Source: an uncultured bacterium
Lineage (GTDB): Bacteria > Fidelibacterota > Fidelibacteria > Fidelibacterales > Fidelibacteraceae
NCBI GenBank assembly: GCA_964395205.1
Contig: CAYNBL010000001.1
Coordinates: 10,113-74,112 of the forward strand
Direction: 5' to 3'
DNA length: 64,000 nt
Position numbers and translations under genes: made by a program. Positions 57,331 through 64,000 of this stretch are shown piece after piece. The notes under the pieces were generated by a model. That model saw nothing but the letters and a program-made list of their open reading frames with translations, was not told the origin of the DNA and made no database searches. The first letter of the stretch is position 1; each line of letters opens with the position of its first letter.

Positions 57331-58284
57331 ATGACGAATACCAAACGAGAGATCATCATGAAAGGCTTTGACCCTATCGCCTTGCTTGGCGTGCGGGACG
57401 AGAATCTCAAACTGCTGCGGCAGCATTTTAATGCGACGATTGCCGCACGGGGAGAACGCCTTATCATTGACGGTCAGTTTGAAGTCGTTGAACAGATCCA
57501 TCATGTTTTAAATGAACTCATCCACCTTATTCCCAAGCGCAAGCAATTGGATGCCACTGATATCAATACTGTGATCAATATGGAAACCGATAATCATGAA
57601 AAGGTTTATTCGGGACCGGATGAATCAATCATACTTTTTACTCATAAAGGTATAATCAAACCACGGACACCCGGACAAGAGACGTACTTTCGTGCCAGCA
57701 TGGAAAACGATATTACCTTCGCCATCGGCCCGGCCGGCACGGGTAAAACCTATCAGGCTGTTGCCGTTGCGGTTGCCGCTTTAAAAAATCATGAAATATC
57801 ACGGATTGTTTTAACGCGTCCGGCTGTTGAGGCCGGCGAGCGCCTTGGCTTTCTCCCGGGTGATATGAAAGAGAAAATCGATCCTTATTTAGCACCACTT
57901 TATGATGCCATGAGATCAATGATCGCTCCGGAAAAATTTAAATCATATATTGAACAGCATATCATTGAGATCGTACCCCTTGCCTTTATGCGCGGACGAA
58001 CTCTGGATAACGCCTATCTTATTCTTGATGAAGCGCAAAACACCACCGACCTGCAAATGAAAATGTTCCTAACCCGTATTGGTGTAAACTCAAAAGCTTT
58101 TATTAACGGTGATATAACACAAATCGACCTACCCCAACACCAACGCTCCGGTCTTTGCACCGCGATTGAAATTTTGAAGGATATCGAAGGCATCGCTATT
58201 TGTAAATTGACAACCATTGATGTGGTGAGACATCCTCTGGTGAAGAAAATCATTGAGGCGTATGACGGGGGAAACGAAAAATAA
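57331..58284 (+). CDS. phoH: PhoH-family ATPase (YbeZ-like)
   Basis: Walker A GPAGTGKTY and Walker B LILDEAQN. The C-terminal sequence is ..DVVRHPLV. Confidence 0.9.
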   Translation: MTNTKREIIMKGFDPIALLGVRDENLKLLRQHFNATIAARGERLIIDGQFEVVEQIHHVLNELIHLIPKRKQLDATDINTVINMETDNHEKVYSGPDESIILFTHKGIIKPRTPGQETYFRASMENDITFAIGPAGTGKTYQAVAVAVAALKNHEISRIVLTRPAVEAGERLGFLPGDMKEKIDPYLAPLYDAMRSMIAPEKFKSYIEQHIIEIVPLAFMRGRTLDNAYLILDEAQNTTDLQMKMFLTRIGVNSKAFINGDITQIDLPQHQRSGLCTAIEILKDIEGIAICKLTTIDVVRHPLVKKIIEAYDGGNEK

Positions 58285-58402
58285 CGGTGATGTAAAGACG
58301 CGATTAATCGCGTCTTTACATATCGTATTTCCTTTGATTATATATAAAAAATATATATAATTCAGTCTTGAAAAAATGTAAACCAAATCAAAAGGAAACA
58401 TC

Positions 58403-58633
58403 ATGTTAGATAGAGCAAAAGTTCAAGAAATTTTAGATAAAGTACGTCCTTCATTGCAGATGGATGGCGGTGACTGTGAATTGGTCAATGTCCGTGAAGA
58501 TAATGTCGTTGAAGTTAGATTGACAGGCGCTTGCAATGGTTGCCCAATGTCAACCATGACATTAAAAGCCGGCATTGAACGCGTACTCAAAAACGAAATT
58601 CCCGAAATTGTGGAAGTCGTTTCTGTTCAATAA
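58403..58633 (+). CDS. NifU C-terminal-domain (Nfu-type) Fe-S cluster protein
   Basis: 76 aa with the motifs DGGDCELV and GACNGCPMS. Confidence 0.85.
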   Translation: MLDRAKVQEILDKVRPSLQMDGGDCELVNVREDNVVEVRLTGACNGCPMSTMTLKAGIERVLKNEIPEIVEVVSVQ

Positions 58634-59862
58634 TGTCTGATTTTTATAATCGTTTCGATACCGAAACTCTCGGGGCACGGCACGATGATCATTATCGTAC
58701 CGTGTTCCAAGTAGATCGCGACCGTGTACTCTATAGCGGCGCCTTTCGTCGTTTGCAGAACAAAACCCAGGTCTTTAAATCCGGAGCACACGATTTCTAC
58801 CGCACACGATTGACCCACTCATTAGAGGTCGCTCAGATCGGCCGCTCCATTGTTAACTTTCTTAATAAAACAGTTTTCAATAAAGCCGCGATCGATGTGG
58901 ATCTGGTTGAGGGCATTTGTTTGGCACACGATCTTGGGAATCCGCCTTACGGGCACCTGGGAGAGGCAATGCTAAATGATCTTATGAAGAAGGCGGGTGG
59001 TTTTGAGGGTAATGCTCAAACCTTACAGATCATCACCGAACAATTGCATGAAGATCCCGAAGGCGACGAGGGCATGAAGCCAAGTCGAGCATTTATTGAT
59101 GGTATTCTTAAATACAAAGTCCTGTGGTCCGATAGAAAAAAAGAAAGCAAATTCCTCTACGATAACCAATCCAAATATTTGGATTTTGTCAGCGATGGAA
59201 GCAATCATTATTCCGAACGAAGTCTGGAATGCCAGATCATGAATTGGGCCGACGATGTGGCTTATTCTTTGCATGATCTTTCGGACGGTTATCTTGCCGG
59301 GTTTGTGACACGCAAAGAGATAGAAAAATGGGCAGATGGTCACGAACTAAGTAAAGAAGAAGCGCACTACTTGGAAACAGTCATCAAAAAACTGGATCAT
59401 CGTGAAGATTTCGACCGATATCTGGCCTCACGTACCGGACGATTTATTGAAGGCGCAAAGATCGTTGAGCGCCAGCATTCTCTGGCTGCTAAAAGCAATC
59501 GTTATAAATATGCTATTGAGACAGAATCCGAGGTTGAAATAGAGAACAATCTATATAAGCGCCTGGCTGTTGATATTATTTTTCGATCACCTCAGTTGGA
59601 GCAATTGGAATTCAAGGGGCGTTATATTTTAAAGCGTCTTTTTGAAACTTTTCTCCAGGGTGGTCCTGGAAACTTTGATCTGAACGAAAAGATCCTTCCG
59701 AATGTTTTGAGAGAAAAGCTAAAACATATTGATAAGAATGATTATGTGGCTGTTGCCCGTATGGTGTGTGATCACTTTTCCGAGCAAACGGATATATCGC
59801 TACCCAAAATCTATAAGCGTCTGTTCGACCCCGATTATGGCAGTTTTTATGATATAGTATAG
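58633..59862 (+). CDS. dgt: dGTPase-family HD-domain triphosphohydrolase
   Basis: Contains the motifs FQVDRDRVLYSGAFRRLQNKTQVF, RTRLTHSLEVAQIGRS and AHDLGNPPYGH. The start overlaps the NifU-like stop (TAATG). Confidence 0.88.
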   Translation: MSDFYNRFDTETLGARHDDHYRTVFQVDRDRVLYSGAFRRLQNKTQVFKSGAHDFYRTRLTHSLEVAQIGRSIVNFLNKTVFNKAAIDVDLVEGICLAHDLGNPPYGHLGEAMLNDLMKKAGGFEGNAQTLQIITEQLHEDPEGDEGMKPSRAFIDGILKYKVLWSDRKKESKFLYDNQSKYLDFVSDGSNHYSERSLECQIMNWADDVAYSLHDLSDGYLAGFVTRKEIEKWADGHELSKEEAHYLETVIKKLDHREDFDRYLASRTGRFIEGAKIVERQHSLAAKSNRYKYAIETESEVEIENNLYKRLAVDIIFRSPQLEQLEFKGRYILKRLFETFLQGGPGNFDLNEKILPNVLREKLKHIDKNDYVAVARMVCDHFSEQTDISLPKIYKRLFDPDYGSFYDIV

Positions 59863-60559
59863 GACCTCACACAGAGGCACAAAATATCATAAGACAAAAA
59901 GAATATAATACCTCTCACAAAGGCACGAAATATCACAAAGCCACCAAGAAGAAATTCTAAGGTTTGGCACTAAGGGTAGTAAGACACAAAGAATACAATA
60001 TTAACCCTGAGCGAAGACGAAGGGTTGATTAATAATAGCCCGGGATGAAATCCCGGGTTAATAGTATTCAATATAAAAACAACCCCGAATGGAGTTAAGG
60101 GGGTGAACGGAAATTTAATTGTTTTGACCCCAGCGGGGTCAAAATATTAATAGCCCACGACGACGTCGTGGGTATAGGAATTATCAAATGAATACAACCA
60201 CAGCGTGGTTGAACATAACAATTATATTGAACTACGCTGTAGTTCATTTTTCCAAGAATGTATTTCTACGATATTGGACCCCTAACGGAGTCAAGATGTT
60301 CAACCCTTCCATCAGACTTCGCTCTCTGAGCTTCGCCCGACAAGTCCGTCAGGGTTGTAGTTGTTAGGGGATTTATGTCCCCGGGGTTTCACCCCGGGTT
60401 ATTGTTGTTTTACCCCTCCATACGTCGGGGTAAGGTAATAATATTTCAACGGTTCCTTAATTACTATTTTTTCTCTCCCCGGTGTATTATATCTCCCTGT
60501 GTAACAATATTCTTATCTTCATTGTGGCTCTGTGGCACTTGGCGCCTCCGTGTGAGGTC
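59863..60559. repeat. Non-coding island bounded by inverted repeats and carrying an array of about 11 GC-rich stem-loops (foldback/MITE-like element or large structured RNA)
   Basis: Terminal inverted repeat GACCTCACACAGAGGC (59863-59878) / GCCTCCGTGTGAGGTC (60544-60559), 15 of 16 complementary. A second inverted pair lies at 59934-59952 / 60516-60534. The left arm holds two direct copies of a roughly 46-nt unit. Hairpins lie at 60003-60433. The only ORF is a 64-aa artefact. Confidence 0.6.
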
Positions 60560-60614
60560 TTTTCCCTGAATTAATTTCTTGACATTGCCCCTATATTAAG
60601 GGAAATTTCATACT

Positions 60615-61436
60615 ATGAAAAATATTAAATGGTACTACCCGGTATCTCTCGCTGAGGCGGCGTCCCTGCTAGAGAAAAAAAGTAATGTCCCCCATGGTGG
60701 CGGAACCAATCTAAGCGGTCGCGATCTTTCCGGCGTTGAGGGAATTATTTGCCTCAAGAAGCTTGGTTTGGATTATGTGAAAAAAGACAAAGACATTATT
60801 GAAATTGGTGCGATGACAAGTTATGCAGAGCTTGTTAAGAAGCTAGGATCAATTTCTCCCGACAATATTCTTGTCAAATCTTTAAAAAATGCCGCCAATA
60901 CACCCTGTAGGAACAGGATCACTATTGGTGGATCTATTGCCTTTGTACCCACATGGTCCGATCTGATCGGTGCCCTGTTGGTGCTTGATGCCACCCTTGT
61001 GCTTATCGGTAAAAAAAGCGGAGAATTTAAAGTCGCAGATTACCTGGAGCAAAAAGAATTGCAAGATCAAACACTTATTTGTGCTATGCGTGTTAAAAAT
61101 ACAGTCCATAGATCAGTTCATTATCGTGATGTAAAAACCGTCAATGATATGCCCTTATTTACAGTAACGACCTTATTAGAGCTTGATGGCGCATGCATCA
61201 AAGCAGCAAAAGTTTATATTGTCGGAACTACTGAGCGCATCACAAAATTATCTGAAGTAGAAGCATATATTCAGGGAAAAAGCAAAGAAAAGATAGATGA
61301 AATAGCGGTGCAGGATCTTGTAAATGTTGCTTTTGTCGGCAGTAGAATTACAGACCCTGAATATATGAGCTATAAAGCAAAAATCGAAACAGGACGTGCG
61401 ATCTTTAAAGCGCTGGAGAATGACCAATGGAAGTAA
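60615..61436 (+). CDS. Xanthine-dehydrogenase-family FAD-binding subunit (CoxM/XdhB-like)
   Basis: 273 aa. The N-terminal YYPVSLAEAASLL....PHGGGTNL is typical of the FAD_binding_5 domain. Confidence 0.8.
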   Translation: MKNIKWYYPVSLAEAASLLEKKSNVPHGGGTNLSGRDLSGVEGIICLKKLGLDYVKKDKDIIEIGAMTSYAELVKKLGSISPDNILVKSLKNAANTPCRNRITIGGSIAFVPTWSDLIGALLVLDATLVLIGKKSGEFKVADYLEQKELQDQTLICAMRVKNTVHRSVHYRDVKTVNDMPLFTVTTLLELDGACIKAAKVYIVGTTERITKLSEVEAYIQGKSKEKIDEIAVQDLVNVAFVGSRITDPEYMSYKAKIETGRAIFKALENDQWK

Positions 61437-61894
61437 TATTAAATGTAAACGGGAAACCGATCAAAGTTGAGTTTACTCCCGAAGAGCATCTTCTCTATAC
61501 GCTCCGGCAAAACGGTTTTACGGAAGTAAAAAGCGGATGCAAAGAAGGCGAATGTGGCGCTTGTCTGGTCTTGCTGAACGGGAAACCGGTCAATTCATGT
61601 TTGATGTTCACCGCATCGGTAACAGAAGAAGATAAGCTCCTAACAGTAAAAGGTATTGGCGATCTTCATGAACCCCATGTTATTCAAGAGGCGTTTGTGG
61701 ATTCGGGCGCAGTTCAGTGTGGCTTTTGCACACCTGGTATTGTTCTTGCATCTTATGCCCTTTTGCAAGAAAATTCCACACCCACCGAAGAAGAAGTTAA
61801 AAAAGCCATGGATGGAAATCTTTGCCGCTGTACCGGTTACGTTAAAATAATCGAGGCGGTTCAACTGGCGGCCAAACGACTCCAAAAAAAGTAG
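61427..61894 (+). CDS. Xanthine-dehydrogenase-family [2Fe-2S] subunit
   Basis: 155 aa with two cluster motifs: GCKEGECGACLVLLNGKPVNSC and QCGFCTPG...NLCRCTGY. Confidence 0.92.
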   Translation: MEVILNVNGKPIKVEFTPEEHLLYTLRQNGFTEVKSGCKEGECGACLVLLNGKPVNSCLMFTASVTEEDKLLTVKGIGDLHEPHVIQEAFVDSGAVQCGFCTPGIVLASYALLQENSTPTEEEVKKAMDGNLCRCTGYVKIIEAVQLAAKRLQKK

Positions 61895-61900
61895 ACTATT

Positions 61901-64000
61901 ATGAATAAATATACAACAGTCGGTAAATCGGAAAAAAAGGTTGATGCTCTTTCACTTGCAACCGGAAGCTCTATGTTCGTTGATGATTTTGCATTGAAAG
62001 ATGGTCTATACTGCAAACTGGTTTATTCCCCACATGCCTATGCGGAAATTTTGGATATTGATGATTCAAAAGTTTTGGCCGTAGATGGCGTGGTTGATGT
62101 GCTACACTACAAGAATGTGAAGCAGATATTACATACATCGGCCGGACAAGGATTTCCGGAGCCTTCTCCCTATGATTGTTTGATCTTTGATCATATCATG
62201 CGTTTTGTCGGCGATCGTGTTGCCATGGTCGTTGCTGAAAATCGCAAGATCGCTCACAAGGCCGCAAAATTATTGGATGTAAAATATAATATTTTGGAAC
62301 CCCTTTTTGACCCTGAAAAAGCTATGGATCTGGAATCTCCAAAATTGCACGATAGTTCACACGCCTATCCTATCGGTGCAAAATATGTACCTGAAAAGAA
62401 CTTGGCTGCTGAGGTTGAGATTGGTTTTGGTGATATGAAAAAAGGTGAAAAAGAAGCCGATTTTGTTATCGATGAAACTTATAATGCTCACTATGGACAG
62501 CATTGTGCGATTGAACCTCATTCTGTAAAAACGATGTATGATGAAATGGGTCGACTGGTTATTATTTCTTCGACTCAGGTGCCTTTTCATGTACGCCGCA
62601 TTGTTGCACAGGCTTGCGATTATCCGCTGGCCAAAATTCGCGTGATCAAACCTCGTATTGGTGGCGGCTTTGGTTCAAAGCAGGAAGTTTTTCTTGAACC
62701 ACTGGCAGCTTTAGTGACTATTAGACATAAACGACCGGCTCGTTTGGTTATTTCTCGTGCCGAAGTTTTTCAATGCAGTCGTACGCGTCACCCCATTCGC
62801 GTTCGCCTAAGAACCGGCGTAAAAAATAACGGTGAGATCACATTTCTTGAAATGGATTCACTCTTGAATTCCGGTGCTTACGGTTCGCATGCTTTGACGG
62901 TTTTGTCCAATTGCGGATCGAAGGTTTTGCCGTTGTTTAACAAGATAGAGAACATGCATTTCTTGGGTCGCTCTGTTTATACCAACCTCCCCGTTGGGGG
63001 CGCATACCGAGGTTATGGCGCAACTCAGGGTTACTTTGGCTTAAACCAACATTTGGATATTCTCACCCGGAAACTAAATCTCGACCTGCCTGCATATATT
63101 AAAAAATATCACATTCAAGTGGGCGAAACCTCGGGCGTTTTTGAAGCCCTTGGCGAGGGAAAAGATGGTGTACCGCAAATTATCAATTCATGTAAGCTTG
63201 ATGAATGTATCGATATTTGCATCAGAGAAATTGACTGGCATAGCAAACGCGATAAAAAGATTACCAAAGGCGATAAAGTTCGAGGCGTTGGTTTAGCTGT
63301 TTCCATGCAGGGTTCGGCCATACCACTTATTGATATGGCAGCCGCTTATATGAAAATGAATGAAGACGGTTCTTTTAATCTGAATATCGGTGCTACTGAT
63401 ATTGGAACCGGTTCGGATACGGTTTTATCTCAAATTGCTGCAGAAGCATTAAGTGTACCCCTGGCAAAGATTATTCCATTTTCATCTGATACCGATCGCA
63501 CACCTTTTGATGTAGGTGCTTATGCTTCATCAACCACTTATCTATCCGGACGCGCAGTCAAAAAATGTGCGTTAAAAATAAAAGACCAAATATTAAAAGT
63601 CGCGGCTGAAATGATGGGCTCGGATCTTGAGGATCTTTATGTAGAAGCCTCAGAGGTCTTCGACAAGAAACAAAAAAAATCAACAAGCTATGGCGATATT
63701 TGTTGCTATGCTTTATATACTCACAAGCAATTCCAAATTCAGGCTGAAGCTTCGGAAATTGTTGAGCAATCACCACCGCCCTTTATGGCTCAGGCCGCTG
63801 AGGTCGAAGTGGATACAAAAACCGGTGCTGTGAAAGTGTTGGAATTTATATCTGCCGTTGATTGCGGGCAGGCAATAAATCCTCAATTGGCGGAAGGGCA
63901 GGTTGAGGGAGCAACAGTTAACGGGATTTCCTATGCTATGACAGAAGAGTATGTATTTTCCGATAAAGGAAATTTATTAAACAAAGGTTTTAGGTCATAT
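61901..64000 (+). CDS. Xanthine-dehydrogenase-family molybdopterin-binding subunit (3' end beyond the window)
   Basis: Absent from the ORF track because it has no stop in the window. Manual translation from ATG 61901 gives MNKYTTVGKSEKKVDALSLATGSSMFVDDF.. and includes ..GQHCAIEPHS.., ..STQVPFHVRR.., ..RIGGGFGSKQE.. and ..YRGYGATQG... The frame is open for all 700 codons to position 64000. Confidence 0.88.
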   Translation, partial: MNKYTTVGKSEKKVDALSLATGSSMFVDDFALKDGLYCKLVYSPHAYAEILDIDDSKVLAVDGVVDVLHYKNVKQILHTSAGQGFPEPSPYDCLIFDHIMRFVGDRVAMVVAENRKIAHKAAKLLDVKYNILEPLFDPEKAMDLESPKLHDSSHAYPIGAKYVPEKNLAAEVEIGFGDMKKGEKEADFVIDETYNAHYGQHCAIEPHSVKTMYDEMGRLVIISSTQVPFHVRRIVAQACDYPLAKIRVIKPRIGGGFGSKQEVFLEPLAALVTIRHKRPARLVISRAEVFQCSRTRHPIRVRLRTGVKNNGEITFLEMDSLLNSGAYGSHALTVLSNCGSKVLPLFNKIENMHFLGRSVYTNLPVGGAYRGYGATQGYFGLNQHLDILTRKLNLDLPAYIKKYHIQVGETSGVFEALGEGKDGVPQIINSCKLDECIDICIREIDWHSKRDKKITKGDKVRGVGLAVSMQGSAIPLIDMAAAYMKMNEDGSFNLNIGATDIGTGSDTVLSQIAAEALSVPLAKIIPFSSDTDRTPFDVGAYASSTTYLSGRAVKKCALKIKDQILKVAAEMMGSDLEDLYVEASEVFDKKQKKSTSYGDICCYALYTHKQFQIQAEASEIVEQSPPPFMAQAAEVEVDTKTGAVKVLEFISAVDCGQAINPQLAEGQVEGATVNGISYAMTEEYVFSDKGNLLNKGFRSY

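Noticed and set aside
58633-59862. The dGTPase-family gene acting as an anti-phage dNTP-depletion defence gene.
   Set aside because: The gene sits in a housekeeping string (phoH-nfu-dgt, with overlapping stop and start) and no mobile or defence neighbours are present. Nothing in the sequence distinguishes it from the ordinary cellular dGTPase-like paralog.
60003-60433. Possible CRISPR array, suggested by regularly spaced palindromic units of about 20 nt separated by about 20-30 nt.
   Set aside because: The hairpin units share no common repeat sequence, spacing is irregular (24-77 bp start to start), and there are no cas genes or leader. A CRISPR array requires near-identical direct repeats.
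60375-60569. 64-aa ORF (MSPGFHPGLLLFYPS...) inside the hairpin island.
   Set aside because: Its peptide is simply the read-through of GC-rich hairpin arms (SPGFHPG) and of the inverted-repeat tile (SLWLCGTWRLRV). It has no start context and low-complexity composition, so it is almost certainly non-coding.
60560-60614. Purine, xanthine (NMT1) or Moco riboswitch upstream of the xanthine-dehydrogenase-family operon.
   Set aside because: The conserved cores I remember are not present in 60360-60614 or in the island. An example is the purine riboswitch junction, with ..TATGG.. and ..CCGTAAA..GACTA.. elements. An Rfam scan would be the decisive test.
1-64000. Mobile genetic element, prophage, integron or defence island as the hidden 'system'.
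   Set aside because: No integrase, transposase, recombinase, phage structural, restriction-modification, toxin-antitoxin or cas-like ORF is present in any frame. Gene content is core metabolism and information processing throughout.

Overview
AT-rich, densely coding chromosomal segment. It most likely comes from an uncultured member of the FCB (Fibrobacterota-Chlorobiota-Bacteroidota) radiation, because two secreted proteins end in T9SS-type C-terminal sorting domains. The content is almost entirely housekeeping and looks origin-proximal: plsY, alaS, hcp with a divergent Crp/Fnr regulator, nrnA, ispH, pdxST, mnmE, mnmG, dapF, mfd, a run of parvulin-type PPIases, dnaN, recF, cdsA, ctp, exbB-exbD-exbD-tonB, glgA, argF, valS, phoH, a NifU-like gene, dgt, and the start of a three-subunit xanthine-dehydrogenase-family operon. 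I see no rRNA or tRNA genes, no CRISPR array, no transposase or integrase, no prophage, and no recognisable defence island. The sequence features that gene content does not explain are these. (1) A 697-bp non-coding island (59863-60559) bounded by inverted repeats, with duplicated subterminal units, carrying about 11 GC-rich stem-loops with unrelated stems. (2) A 740-bp leader upstream of valS containing a decayed GIY-YIG gene and more hairpins. (3) Two perfect parS palindromes between dapF and mfd. (4) A DnaA-box cluster and an AT-rich tract upstream of dnaN. (5) Two CRP/FNR-type palindromes flanking the regulator gene. (6) Recurring low-complexity 'tile' tracts next to gene boundaries. The most unusual protein-coding candidates are a GlmL-like ASKHA ATPase (605 aa) paired with an uncharacterised 375-aa protein, and a 1000-aa receiver/PEP-synthase-N-domain fusion translationally coupled to dapF. 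All functional calls rest on motif recognition by eye. No database search was run, so novelty claims are provisional. I cannot say that a genuinely new system is present.
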